NCBI GenBank assembly: GCA_963666295.1
Contig: OY762707.1
Span: 570,726-634,725, forward strand
Length of the DNA stretch: 64,000 nt
Direction of reading: 5' to 3'
Source: Burkholderiaceae bacterium
GTDB lineage: Bacteria; Pseudomonadota; Gammaproteobacteria; Burkholderiales; Burkholderiaceae_D
A program made the translations under genes and the position numbers. The notes below the pieces were generated by a model, which was given only the letters and a program-made list of their open reading frames with translations, did no database searches and had not been told where the DNA came from. Positions 10,866-20,889 of this stretch are shown in pieces (positions within the stretch are counted from its first letter, which is position 1; every line of letters starts with the position of its first letter).

Positions 10866-11279
10866 AAAAGAAACTATCTTGCACTCTGCCGCTGACCGAC
10901 GACCGCTCAAAACCAGGCAAAGCGGATACTTTTACAAGCCCGTCTCAGCGCAGTCGAAAACCCGGCTGCCACACAAATAAGCAAACTCGTGCAGCAGTGA
11001 AGATTATTTCTGCAAGGAAACATAAAATTTGCGGAAAATCAAGGCGAAACGGAACGCTTGTCCGTAACAATGGGAAACACATGAAACAAACTATACAAAG
11101 AATCGTATACCGAACTCATGTTGTTTAGCATAACAGTTTGCCTGAGGTTAAAAGCCAGGCATATGCGCTTTGTCACCTGAAATTCAAGTCCTATCAAGTC
11201 TGCAAAACCATTTCTTTGCAAAGGAAGATTGATAGCCGCATCCACGATTTGCGATCAAATTCAATGAAGGGGAAGTGCC

Positions 11280-11516
11280 ATGAAAGCAACATTTCTTTCC
11301 AGGACTGCATCCAAAGCAGTCATGCTGATTGTTGTAAGCATGATTGCATACGGTTTCTCTTTGAGTTTCGCATCCGGTTCAAAGAGCAGTCATTTTTCGT
11401 TTATCAAATCAGCACACGCTGAAACGCAGCAAAAAGCAAGCAACCGTCCTGATACCCGTGATGAAAATTATGGCCAGATTAGCGCGAATGAGTTGAGGTA
11501 CTTTCTAAAACCCTAA
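11280..11516 (+). CDS. hypothetical small secreted protein
   Basis: 78 aa. N-terminal hydrophobic signal-like segment ending in AHA. Followed by a strong terminator. Confidence 0.35.
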   Translation: MKATFLSRTASKAVMLIVVSMIAYGFSLSFASGSKSSHFSFIKSAHAETQQKASNRPDTRDENYGQISANELRYFLKP

Positions 11517-11591
11517 CTGGACATCCACACCAACGAAACACCCGCTTGCCCCATAAAGGTTCAAAAAACACTTTTCGGAAGCAAGCACCAA

Positions 11592-11623
11592 AAAAGAGGC
11601 GCTGTTCCAGTGCCTCTTTTTTA
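11592..11623 (+). terminator. rho-independent terminator
   Basis: AAAAGAGGCGCTG-TTC-CAGTGCCTCTTTT hairpin followed by a T run. Confidence 0.7.
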
Positions 11624-12069
11624 ATTTCACAATACCCAGCCACGCTCACATATCTTCATGCTTACCCATAGCACCGGCAAAAAGCTGGCACAAATCATGC
11701 ACAAGGGAAAGCGTCACACTCCTGAAATACCGCACACGTATCTTTCGCACAAGAAACAAGTAGTTTTACCCAAGCAAGCTGGTTTTTTGCCCAAAGATAA
11801 GCAATCAATTTATTTTCGAAAGCATTTTACAAACTCACCATCAACAGGAGAACGCCATGAAAACAGCAAGATTTTCCAAAATACTCATTGCAACCGTAGC
11901 ACTGTTGATAACAATCAGCGCAATCTCTACGAGTTGTTCGCGCTGATTGAAATTTGACCCACCGTGCCGATTGAATTTTGACCCAGGGTCGGAAGCTGCA
12001 TTTTGGTATGGCAGCTGTGGATAAGTTTAACAAATAGCCAGTTTTTTATTACCTCCTTTTTTCATTTCC

Positions 12070-12864
12070 TTAGCATTGGGTTTCGGCGTTTTTATTCTTT
12101 CTGGCCTGCTCTCTTGATTTGATGCGAGACTTTGCTGCCAGACTGCTGTGCTGAAAGCGATACGACTCGTTGCCGGTTTCAACGATATGGCAATGATGAG
12201 TCAGGCGATCAAGAAGCGCCGTTGTCATTTTGCTGTCGCCAAATACGCTGGACCACTCCGAGAAACTCAGATTCGTGGTGATGGCCACACTGGTGTGTTC
12301 GTAAAGTTTAGAGAGCAAATGAAACAGCAAGGCACCGCCGACCTGACTGAACGGCAGGTATCCCAACTCATCGAGTATGACGAGATCCACACGCATCAGG
12401 GAGCGTGCAATCCGACCGGCATTACCATCGCGCTTTTCCTTTTCCAGCATGTTGGCCAGATCGACTGTGGAATGAAACCGCACACGCTTGCTGTGCTGGG
12501 TTATTCCGCTTATCGCAATGGCTGTAGCAAGGTGCGTCTTGCCGGTGCCGGGTCCGCCAATGAACACGACGTTTTGTGCATGGTCTGCAAACTCCATCGT
12601 TGCCAGTTGCCTGATCAGCGGTTGGTCAACTTTGCTAAGCGCAAAATCAAAGCCCGCTAGGTCGCGATGCACTGGAAACCGTGCTGCTCGCATCTGGTTG
12701 GTGATTGAGCGCATGTGGCGGTCTGTATTCTCGGCTTGAAGCAGGTGTTCAATCAGCCATTTCGATGTTTGAGTGGAAGATGGTTCATTCACCGTCAAAT
12801 CCGCCCACGCACTGACCATGCCGTGCAGGCGCAATGCCTTGAGTTCTGTTGCAACATCACGCAT
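12070..12864 (-). CDS. istB: IS21-family helper ATPase IstB
   Basis: 264 aa. Walker [10 protein letters not shown], Walker [10 protein letters not shown], typical IstB sequence. Confidence 0.9.
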   Translation of the reverse strand: MRDVATELKALRLHGMVSAWADLTVNEPSSTQTSKWLIEHLLQAENTDRHMRSITNQMRAARFPVHRDLAGFDFALSKVDQPLIRQLATMEFADHAQNVVFIGGPGTGKTHLATAIAISGITQHSKRVRFHSTVDLANMLEKEKRDGNAGRIARSLMRVDLVILDELGYLPFSQVGGALLFHLLSKLYEHTSVAITTNLSFSEWSSVFGDSKMTTALLDRLTHHCHIVETGNESYRFQHSSLAAKSRIKSREQARKNKNAETQC

Positions 12865-14377
12865 GGTTATCCTCCGTCATGTCTGCAACTTCATGCCTGA
12901 GCTGGTCGTAACGGTCAGTATTAGCAAGCGGTGCTTCCTTGAGCTTCAAGGTCGTTTCCACGCAAGGCGGCATTGGTGCAGCGTTAAGTCTGGCCAGCAC
13001 ATTGAGAACATGCTCTGCGCTGAGCACGCCGGATTCAAGCACGAGTTCTACTGCCACCAATACTGAACCCAGACCTGCTGTTGGCACTGCCGAAAGTACT
13101 TGCGCCATAAGCCGATCACCGCCTTCACGGCGCATCAAGCCAAACTTGAGTTGCTTGAGTGACGCAGGCATGTCTGCAAAGGGTGCGCCATTCCTCAGTG
13201 CGCCGGGCTTGCGCTCAAGGAGCGGGATGTAGTGCTGCCAGTCGTAACAAACCTGCCCACGCTCAAACAGCCGCTCATGGCTGGCAACGACAGCATCGTG
13301 CGCCACCACATTGATTCGATCAGGATAAATGCGCACACTGACCATCTGGCCGGACAACTCGCATGGCACGGAGTAGCGGTTGCGTAGTACGGATACCAAG
13401 CAGGTGCTTGATACTCGGGCCGGCTTTTCTACATAACCGTCAAAAGCGGTCGGCATCGGCATCATGTCGCTGCGCTCTTGTTCCAGTATTTCGGCAATGG
13501 AGAATGTCTTATGCTCTGGATGGCGCAGTTCACCCCATAATGCCTTGCACTTGTCTGCCAGCCAGACGTTGAGTTCTGCAAAGGAGCCAAACTTCCGATC
13601 CCGCGCTTCTAGCCAGATTCGCCTGCGGCTGTCCTGGACATTCTTCTCGACAACGCCTTTCTCCCAACCTGAAGCCACATTGCAAAAGTCAGGATCGAAC
13701 AGGTAGTGGCCGCACATGACGGCAAAGCGTGCGTTAACCACGCGCCCCTTGCCTTTGTTGACCTTGTCGACCGCTGTCTTCATGTTGTCGTATATCCCGC
13801 GTCGCGGAATGCCGCCTAGAGCAGCGAAAGCGCGGGTATGCGCATCAAACAGCATTTCGTGCCCTTGGCTCGGATAGGCGACCAGCCAAAAGGCACGACT
13901 GGCGCAGAGCTTGAGGTGCGCAACTTGTATCCGGCGATATATCCCGCCAATCACCAGTCCTTCTTCGCTCCAGTCGAATTGAAATGCTTCGCCGAATCCG
14001 AACGTGAGCGGCACGAACGCCGTGTGCGCCTTGCCTTCGATTTCTTTCCAATCGCGTATAAAGGCAGTGAGCTGGCTATATCCGCCTTCATAGCCTTCAG
14101 CCCTGATTTGTGCAAACAGCGCTTTGGCGGTGCGTCGGTTTTGTTTGGAACGGTGAAGATCGGCTTGAAGTGCCTGCCTGATCGTGGCGTGATACGGGGA
14201 AAGCTTGCTGACTTTCTTGTCCCTGACGTACTTCGGTTGTTTAACAACTTCAGGCTTCCTGAGCCACTTGCGTACCGTGTTACGCGACAGCCCAGTGCGC
14301 TTGGCAATGGCGTGCAGCGACATCTCGTCGCGAAAATACATCCTTCTTATCTTGCTCAAAATTTCCATGGTGATCAC
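12857..14377 (-). CDS. istA: IS21-family transposase IstA
   Basis: 506 aa. N-terminal HTH, DDE core, typical IstA. Overlaps istB by 8 nt. Confidence 0.9.
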   Translation of the reverse strand: MITMEILSKIRRMYFRDEMSLHAIAKRTGLSRNTVRKWLRKPEVVKQPKYVRDKKVSKLSPYHATIRQALQADLHRSKQNRRTAKALFAQIRAEGYEGGYSQLTAFIRDWKEIEGKAHTAFVPLTFGFGEAFQFDWSEEGLVIGGIYRRIQVAHLKLCASRAFWLVAYPSQGHEMLFDAHTRAFAALGGIPRRGIYDNMKTAVDKVNKGKGRVVNARFAVMCGHYLFDPDFCNVASGWEKGVVEKNVQDSRRRIWLEARDRKFGSFAELNVWLADKCKALWGELRHPEHKTFSIAEILEQERSDMMPMPTAFDGYVEKPARVSSTCLVSVLRNRYSVPCELSGQMVSVRIYPDRINVVAHDAVVASHERLFERGQVCYDWQHYIPLLERKPGALRNGAPFADMPASLKQLKFGLMRREGGDRLMAQVLSAVPTAGLGSVLVAVELVLESGVLSAEHVLNVLARLNAAPMPPCVETTLKLKEAPLANTDRYDQLRHEVADMTEDNHA

Positions 14378-14818
14378 CTTTTATCTCCCGCCTAATAATT
14401 AAGCAGGACTAGTAAAACACCTGGGTCAATTTTGAATCAGCACAACACCCTTAAATGGGTCAATTTTCGGTCAGCGGCAACATACATAATGTGTACACAC
14501 GGCATTCAGCAGACAAAAATAGGCCGCCAAATTCATTTGAAAATTTCTACCGTGGCCAATTTCAGGGTGAGCATGGCCATTCCCATGCCAACAAAACAGT
14601 CGATTGACATGGGTGCAGGCGAAACCTATACTCCACTTGCAAGTATTAGCAATAAGTTTCACTAACGGCCATCGTGTTAGCGCACTTTGGTCGTTTTTTA
14701 TTCAAAGGTTGCCGTGTGCAGTCCTCCTTTTTTGTTTAAATAAATAATCACTCCCTGACCTCAGGGAAAGCGTCTTGGACTTACCTAATTAGTTACTTTC
14801 TTTTTCATTCCCTCCTTT

Positions 14819-15091
14819 CTAATCTTCCATCTGTTCCAGATTTTCCTGCTGTAGACCAGCAAGCCAAGCAGCAACTTCGCTAGAAAAAGCAAATTTTCCT
14901 TTTCTTCTAGGCAGCTCAAACACTCTCACAGGCAGCACACCTCGTTTTGATGCCTGACGAAATGCAGCAGCGGATTTGTAACCCAAACATCGCACGAGAT
15001 CGCTTCCACTAATCAGTGGGCCAAACTGCTCAACAAGTTCATACGCGTTTACCCAGGAACTATCCGTACTCCGCTGTTTATTCCGTTCCAT
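14819..15091 (-). CDS. small putative DNA-binding protein (PrtN/excisionase-like), low confidence
   Basis: 90 aa. Resembles PrtN/AlpA-type small regulators only loosely (LPVRVFELPRRKGKFAFSSEVAAWL). No SD seen. Confidence 0.35.
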   Translation of the reverse strand: MERNKQRSTDSSWVNAYELVEQFGPLISGSDLVRCLGYKSAAAFRQASKRGVLPVRVFELPRRKGKFAFSSEVAAWLAGLQQENLEQMED

Positions 15092-15210
15092 ATATTCAGT
15101 CGTAAATTGTTATTAGTAGTAGTTGTGCGCTGTCACGCTCAGTTCATTTATAGTTCTAATTATTCGCAATCAGTAAACCCAACGCCACCCGTCACGAAAT
15201 AATTAATTTC

Positions 15211-16146
15211 ATGTCTTCTGAAATAAACCGTAGAAAAAGCCAAGCAGGTCGCCCACCAACGACAACAGCTGACACGATAAAAACATTGGCGTGGATACGA
15301 TGCATTAAGCTGCAATCAGGAAAAAACCCATACCAATTAGGCGTGGAATTCCACCCTCAGCATTACCGATATGATGTCGGGAAATATCAAAGTTCTAAGC
15401 GCTGGGAGAGATATGCAAACGGTGACAGCAACCCTCCTGACCCGAAAACAGGCAGTTCTTTGATTGATATAGTTGAGCGCGCATACCCAGGAACAGCCCG
15501 TATTTTCAGGCATACCTTGTGGATAGCACTACGTGGCAAAATAAAAGACAGCGCGGAAATTTCAAGGCTGCTGTTAACTCTGGATCGGAGTGTGATTGAT
15601 ATATGTTTTGTGCCAGAAATTGGGCGGAATAAAGCAACGTTAAAACGCACTCCTTATGACTACGGGATGCCAACGAGGCTTTCCTATTTGAAGTCTACAG
15701 ATTGCCTAGCAGCACTTCTGTTATTGGGCAAAGAAGCCGAGCTAACAGGAAACAGTAGGTCGCATGCTCAAATTTTCCACATGGTTTATGAAACCCTGTC
15801 TTATGTGAGGCATCTTCCTGAAATACAGCCTGTATTAAAAGAAATAGTCGATTGCATAAATGGCTCACTTCAATCACATCGCTACCATCTAAGTGATGGC
15901 ATCGTCGTGCCAGCACCAGTGTTCACAGTGGAGGCTATATCGAATGATAGTGAACGCACTTGGCCCAGAGACGAGAACACACATTTGCAGCACAAACTGT
16001 ATGAAAAACTTTCAAATCTTTTTAGCTCGACTGAAACTTTTAGAACTTGGTTATTTACTCATCACCCACTACTTGGTGAATCACCCCATGCTGCCATGGA
16101 GCACCCCCAAGGACTGAGGGCGATTCAAGCCCTTCTTTCTGAATAA
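15211..16146 (+). CDS. hypothetical protein with DUF2384/ParS-MbcA-like C-terminal segment
   Basis: 311 aa in AT-rich DNA. The C-terminus, FRTWLFTHHPLLGESPHAAMEHPQGLRAIQALL, resembles the Xre/MbcA/ParS antitoxin toxin-binding domain pattern (W...pLgg.sP...l....G...v...L). Confidence 0.5.
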   Translation: MSSEINRRKSQAGRPPTTTADTIKTLAWIRCIKLQSGKNPYQLGVEFHPQHYRYDVGKYQSSKRWERYANGDSNPPDPKTGSSLIDIVERAYPGTARIFRHTLWIALRGKIKDSAEISRLLLTLDRSVIDICFVPEIGRNKATLKRTPYDYGMPTRLSYLKSTDCLAALLLLGKEAELTGNSRSHAQIFHMVYETLSYVRHLPEIQPVLKEIVDCINGSLQSHRYHLSDGIVVPAPVFTVEAISNDSERTWPRDENTHLQHKLYEKLSNLFSSTETFRTWLFTHHPLLGESPHAAMEHPQGLRAIQALLSE

Positions 16147-16210
16147 GAAGAATGGACATTTGCATAAAGTTAGCCACTTCCTCGTGCGCTCATTGACTGC
16201 AACTCGGTCA

Positions 16211-17836
16211 GACTGTGTGAAAACACATTGATCGTGAAGCGCGAAGTGCTTGGTCCAGTCAGATTCAGCAGAAATTATAGGTCAGGATTATGAAAAAAAG
16301 CGGCCATCATGCCGCCATGGCCTCCATTAGTCTGGAAACTCCCATGATTTTCATGACTCGCTTCATGTTATAGGCCAAAACGTGCAAACTCATCTCAGTT
16401 CCTGCACCTTCTAGCCGCCTGGTTAGAAAGTGATTTGCTCCCATCCACTCTTTTATGGTGCCGAAGGGGTGTTCAACGGTGCGTTGCCTAATACGCATAA
16501 GCCCCGGATTCAGGTCGAGCCGCCTTTGCATCGCCTCAAGGGTTGATTCGTGGTCATAACGACTAACGCGACGATTTTTGCTGGTCGTGCATTTGTCGCG
16601 AATTTCGCAACTGGGGCACTCAGAACTCCAGTATTTATGAATTAATCCGCCACGTTCCTCCGTGGAGAACCGCCAAATCAACCGTTTGCCAGCAGGGCAT
16701 TTGTACTCACCAGCATTTGCATCGAAGATGAAGTCTTCCTTGTCAAAGCGCCCGTCAGCTTTCGCGCTGGATGTCGTCGACTTGGAAACAAGAGGCGTAA
16801 TTCCGTTTTGTTCACAGGCGACGATCTCTTCACCGTTGAAGTAACCGCGATCTGCAATAGCGTGCAAATCATTGGCTGCCATGGCAACCTTGGCTTGCAT
16901 TGCCATCTTGGATAACTGTCGACGGTCGCTGCCACTATTGGTAACTTCATGAGCCACTATCAGGTGGTGGGTTGTATCGACCGCAGTTTGAACGTTGTAA
17001 CCCACCAGGCCTCGACTTGTACTGGTGGCCATGGCGCGAGCGTCTGGATCAGTCAGGGAAATCTGTTTCCCTGGCACCTCTTCCAGATGTTCCTGAATCT
17101 GTTTGAACTTCTCCATCTGCGCCTTCATGGTCTTGATCTTCTCATTGAGGCGAGAGGTTCTTGCTTCGGCAATATCAGACTCTTGGCGATCTGCGGTATC
17201 GAGTTCACCCATGTAACGATCAATGCACTGGTCAATTTGCGCAAGGCGCTTGGCAACCTTGCCTCGCGTGAAATTGCGGTTATGCGCATTAACAGCTCTG
17301 AACTTGCAGCCATCGATTGCCACGACTGCGTTCGCAAACAAGCCGATTTCGCGGCAGAGAAACACAAACTGTCGGCACGCATTGCGAATTCCCGCTCCGT
17401 TATTCTTGCGAAAATCTGCAATTGTCTTGAAGTCAGGTGCCAGCCGATTAACCAGCCACATCAGTTCAAGATTGCGCTGTGCTTCGCGCTCAAGACGTCG
17501 CGTGGAATGGACACGATTTAGGTATCCGTAGATGTATATCTTCAGCAGTACCGATGGATGATAGGATGGCCGTCCCGTTTGCGCGGGGTTTACTCCGTCA
17601 AAGCCAAGTGACGCCAGATCGAGTGAATCAACAAATGCGTCTACTGCACGTACAGGATTGTCTTCAGTGACGAAATCATCAATTGATTCCGGAAGCAAAG
17701 TGACCTGACTACGATCTGCACCTTCTACAAATCTTTTCATGCCGCCTCCTGATAATAGCTACCACTATTATCCTAGAAGGATAGGCTCATCACACTCCAT
17801 TTTCACCTGTTTAAAACAGCGTTTTCACACAGCCAC
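16211..17836 (-). mobile_element. IS1182-family (IS5-like) insertion sequence, copy 1
   Basis: 1626 bp. Terminal IR core is CTGTGTGAAAAC at both ends. Flanked by the 6-bp direct repeat CGGTCA (16205-16210 and 17837-17842). The ends I compared are identical to copy 2. Boundaries +/-2 bp. Confidence 0.85.
16307..17740 (-). CDS. IS1182-family DDE transposase
   Basis: 477 aa. N-terminal MKRFVEGADRSQVTLLPESIDDFVTEDNPVR is typical for IS1182/IS5-like transposases. Protein is identical to the 28975..30408 product. Confidence 0.9.
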   Translation of the reverse strand: MKRFVEGADRSQVTLLPESIDDFVTEDNPVRAVDAFVDSLDLASLGFDGVNPAQTGRPSYHPSVLLKIYIYGYLNRVHSTRRLEREAQRNLELMWLVNRLAPDFKTIADFRKNNGAGIRNACRQFVFLCREIGLFANAVVAIDGCKFRAVNAHNRNFTRGKVAKRLAQIDQCIDRYMGELDTADRQESDIAEARTSRLNEKIKTMKAQMEKFKQIQEHLEEVPGKQISLTDPDARAMATSTSRGLVGYNVQTAVDTTHHLIVAHEVTNSGSDRRQLSKMAMQAKVAMAANDLHAIADRGYFNGEEIVACEQNGITPLVSKSTTSSAKADGRFDKEDFIFDANAGEYKCPAGKRLIWRFSTEERGGLIHKYWSSECPSCEIRDKCTTSKNRRVSRYDHESTLEAMQRRLDLNPGLMRIRQRTVEHPFGTIKEWMGANHFLTRRLEGAGTEMSLHVLAYNMKRVMKIMGVSRLMEAMAA

Positions 17837-18129
17837 CGGTCAAAGCAGCCTTTGGACTTGGCTACCGTGACCGGCAAAGTCCGCCCCAAAGCTGTCACAC
17901 ATGCAGAGTAGCACTAAAATCGCTCTTAGATTACGGTCGCCCAGAAGATCCTCAATTCAGACAATGTTCAAAAGAAACCCGAGCCAAAAACGAGCAAACA
18001 CCCAAAAATTAAGAAAACAGCTGATGCCTTAACTGCTGGTATGAATGCGTATTCAAATTCAATATCGAACAAACGGGAAACCAAAGACACCCCCTGTGCC
18101 TAGACAGCTTGGCTTACATTGCTGTGAAT

Positions 18130-18158
18130 AAAAAAAAGCCCACCCCGAAGGGTGGGCA
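18130..18158 (-). terminator. rho-independent terminator closing the minus-strand cassette
   Basis: On the minus strand, GCCCACCC-TTCG-GGGTGGGC followed by TTTTTTTT, 70 nt downstream of the 531-aa gene stop. Confidence 0.65.
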
Positions 18159-18227
18159 AAATAACAACACACGAAGGTCCAGCCTCTCCTGGTGTCACGC
18201 CAAGAAGCCCGGCGTCCGGCATTTACG

Positions 18228-19823
18228 TCAACCCTCTTTCTGCTTCAGTTGGCCAACACTAATATCTAGACGAACAAGATGTCTTTCAATTTCGGCAGTC
18301 ATTTTGTCTGCGATGTCGATGATGTTGTCCGCACCTGATCGGATAGTTCTTGACTTGGTCCTGATGTCGTCCAGCCGGCTTACTTGTTTTTCAATCTGGC
18401 GAATGCTTTCTTCCATTTCATCAGTATTGACCGGCAATTCTTCTGCTTCTCGCACGCGAACTGAAATCGCTTTGGCGATTGAAATCGCACTTTGCAAAAC
18501 AATGTCAGTACTTTCGTCTTCCGCATCCCAGATAATCATGATGTCACGCCCGAATCGACTGATAGTCTCTAGATTGGCTGGAGCAGTACGCTTAGAGTGA
18601 ACGAATATGCCAATTTCTGCGAGACGATTCTTGCGTGCACTTTCGATTTCATCGAGACTTGCTTTAATGTTATAGGTCTGGTCTTCCTTGAATTCGACGA
18701 CAATTCTCGCTCCCGCTGCCGCACTATCTGGACTCAGAGTGATCACACTGTCGCCAACCTTTGCTCTTCCCACTGCCCCCGTTGTATGAGCCACAAATTC
18801 TGCAAAGTCTCCTGCTCTCATTGACATTCGTTCTATGACCTCAAAACCCTGTCTTTCAAAGTCCAAGCCATGGAGCGTTGAACGGGCAGCCTCTTCCTTG
18901 CGGATATTCATGGCATCCAGAGTTCGTCTAACCTCTTCTCGAAATGAACGATTGTCTTCTCCCTGCTTTTCAAGCACGCTGATCATTTCCCTGCGCAATC
19001 TCGCAAGAGCCGAGTTCTCTGCATCTAGCGAGAACTCCGTGCTTAGGTTCTTCTGTGTTTGTTCAACCTGACGTACCAAACGACTGAGTGCAGAGTCGTC
19101 GCTGTCTAGCGAGAACTCCTCAATCACTGTGCCAATTCTTTTGGAAAGACTTTCGGTTAAGTTTCCGTGCTTTTCAGTCAGTTCATTCAGCAAGCGCGTG
19201 AGAGCGCCCTCCTTATTATCGAGAGAAAACTCGCGCAACACTGCATCTGAACGCGTCTGGACGACTGTCTCAACACGCTCGCGCAACCCCTTTAGCAACT
19301 GGTTATCTTCTGTCGGCAGCAGAAGCTGGAGAAGTGGGCTGCCACTTCCTATGTGGTCCGTTAAGGCTTCATTCAATGTCTGGCGCGTTTGCCCGATCTG
19401 ATCGCGCATTACTTTTTCCAGTTCACCGTCGTTCTTGACTAGGCGATCAACACGCTCTGTAAAGCGTCCATCTTTTGGATCAAAATATTCCTTGAGCGTG
19501 GCAGAGATGCTTGATTCAGTCACCTGTTGAAAATGTCCAAGCTTTGCTGCCAATTCACTTAAAAGTCGCTCGCCTTCATTGCGAACTTTTTCGCTATCCA
19601 CAACACCCTGGGCCTGGCGCAAAGAAAGCACTCCGATGCGCAGGGCTTGCCGGATAAATTCGTCCCGTTGTCTACCTTGTGGGTAACTGATTAGTGCTGC
19701 CGCACTTTCAGGGTCAGTAATTTCGAGTTCAACCCTAATGCCGGACGTGGGTTCGGCATCATGATTTTGGGAGTTTTCAATGATCGTAGGAGCTACTGTG
19801 TGAGTCGTTTGCATACTGGACAA
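18228..19823 (-). CDS. repeat-rich coiled-coil protein with C-terminal PD-(D/E)xK-like core (RmuC/DUF2130-like architecture)
   Basis: 531 aa. Strong SD (AGGAGG) before the ATG. Three EFSLD-x3-4-SAL(T/S/A)RL repeats (aa 198-275) and a degenerate fourth at aa 111-129. Candidate nuclease core is GD(357)SV...IVVE(377)FK(379). Confidence 0.6.
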   Translation of the reverse strand: MSSMQTTHTVAPTIIENSQNHDAEPTSGIRVELEITDPESAAALISYPQGRQRDEFIRQALRIGVLSLRQAQGVVDSEKVRNEGERLLSELAAKLGHFQQVTESSISATLKEYFDPKDGRFTERVDRLVKNDGELEKVMRDQIGQTRQTLNEALTDHIGSGSPLLQLLLPTEDNQLLKGLRERVETVVQTRSDAVLREFSLDNKEGALTRLLNELTEKHGNLTESLSKRIGTVIEEFSLDSDDSALSRLVRQVEQTQKNLSTEFSLDAENSALARLRREMISVLEKQGEDNRSFREEVRRTLDAMNIRKEEAARSTLHGLDFERQGFEVIERMSMRAGDFAEFVAHTTGAVGRAKVGDSVITLSPDSAAAGARIVVEFKEDQTYNIKASLDEIESARKNRLAEIGIFVHSKRTAPANLETISRFGRDIMIIWDAEDESTDIVLQSAISIAKAISVRVREAEELPVNTDEMEESIRQIEKQVSRLDDIRTKSRTIRSGADNIIDIADKMTAEIERHLVRLDISVGQLKQKEG

Positions 19824-19873
19824 CCTCCTTGAAATGAGCGGGTTCGCTCAACAGGGTAGATTGTGCAGAAGCT

Positions 19874-19896
19874 TGTGGCTCATATGGTGAGCCACT
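19874..19896. promoter_or_regulatory. 23-bp dyad operator, site B (TGTGGCTCATATGGTGAGCCACT)
   Basis: Lies in the 79-nt gap between the WYL gene stop and the 531-aa gene start. Aligns with sites A and C, sharing the invariant half-site GTGAGCCACT. Confidence 0.6.
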
Positions 19897-19902
19897 AAAA
19901 AT

Positions 19903-20889
19903 TTAGCTGTAAAGAGAAGCGGCTTTCACAAGCCTCTCCTTGACGGACTCACGTAGTGTTGCAGGCCCCAACACTTCCACATCGGGGCCAAAGCGCAAAA
20001 TTTCGAGCATTAGCTCCCTCGGATCGCTATATGGAATCTCCAGCAAATAGCTGCCATCATCAAGTTCAGTGGTTTTCTGTTCAGGATGCCACTGCTCAGC
20101 TCTAACCCATCTGGCTTGAACAGGGGAAAACTTAAGCTTGGCCCATTCACGATCCTTGCCTGAAAAGATGCCAAAATCCGGCCCAAGCATTTCATCCACT
20201 TTTTTAGCTGCTACGCGTTTAGCTGACTTACTAATTTGATGCGCGCTTTCGATAGCGTCTAGTGCGAAAATCCTCATGGCATCAGCTTGGTGGCACCAAG
20301 CAAATAAATACCAGTTTTCCCGATAGTGAACGAGTCGCTGAGGCGAAACGATCCTTTCGCTTCGCTTGTTGCTGCTTCTGGTGAAATACTGCATGGAGAG
20401 TCGAGTCTGCTTAACCGCAGCTTGTGCAACCGTCTCAAAATATTGTGAGTTGATGCGCTTGCTTGCAGAAGCAAGGATGCGTACACGTGATCGAATGTCT
20501 GCTGGATCATCGTTAGCTGCGCTCATTGCCACAGTAATCCGTGCAATCAGTGGTTGTAGATGCTCAGTCAGCAAGCCAGGACCGATATGCCTGGCAAGTT
20601 CGTCAATCATCAGAAGTGCGTAGATTTCTGAGGCGGTAAACCATGTCCTTGGCAACCCCAGTTTGCCTGACGACCACCCTTTGTCTGTCAGCACATATCC
20701 TCTTGGCGATTCGGAATCTCCTCGTTGCCAATCAATTGGAACCTGCATCTGATCTCGCAATAAGGCAAGATCACGTCTAAATTGTGTTCGCGAAATTTCC
20801 AGTTCGGCAAGGAGAGTATCCCGTGGTACGGGATACTTGCTTGACTCCAAAATTGAAATGAGATTGTTTAGGCGAACGAATTGGCTCAT
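19903..20889 (-). CDS. HTH-WYL-domain transcriptional regulator (BrxR/CapW-like)
   Basis: 328 aa. N-terminal wHTH (RDTLLAELEISRTQFRRDLALLRDQ). WYL-domain signature SPQRLVHYRENWYLFAWCHQADAMRIFALDAI. Start overlaps the upstream stop (TAATG). Confidence 0.8.
   Translation of the reverse strand: MSQFVRLNNLISILESSKYPVPRDTLLAELEISRTQFRRDLALLRDQMQVPIDWQRGDSESPRGYVLTDKGWSSGKLGLPRTWFTASEIYALLMIDELARHIGPGLLTEHLQPLIARITVAMSAANDDPADIRSRVRILASASKRINSQYFETVAQAAVKQTRLSMQYFTRSSNKRSERIVSPQRLVHYRENWYLFAWCHQADAMRIFALDAIESAHQISKSAKRVAAKKVDEMLGPDFGIFSGKDREWAKLKFSPVQARWVRAEQWHPEQKTTELDDGSYLLEIPYSDPRELMLEILRFGPDVEVLGPATLRESVKERLVKAASLYS

Larger units (their letters stand above)
11935..14482 (-). mobile_element. 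IS21-family insertion sequence (istA-istB)
   Basis: Imperfect terminal IRs start with TGTT: TGTTCGCGCTGATTGAAATTTGACCCA at 11935 versus the reverse complement of 14456-14482, TGTTGCCGCTGACCGAAAATTGACCCA. Each end also carries an internal second repeat (11969-11985 and 14422-14438), as is typical for IS21 multiple terminal repeats. No clean target duplication was seen. Confidence 0.8.

Noticed and set aside
14483-16210. Prophage remnant, based on the PrtN-like gene
   Set aside because: There are no structural, lysis or integrase genes. The single weak similarity is insufficient.
16950-16958. Extra GAGCCACT half-site inside the IS transposase gene as a fourth operator
   Set aside because: It is a half-site only, with no matching left arm at the 3-nt spacing. 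It is coding sequence present in both IS copies, so most likely coincidence.
16949-17521. 190-aa ORF inside IS1182 (also 29194..29766) as a second IS gene
   Set aside because: It is fully antisense to the transposase gene, and its product has no recognisable features. It is duplicated only because the IS is duplicated.
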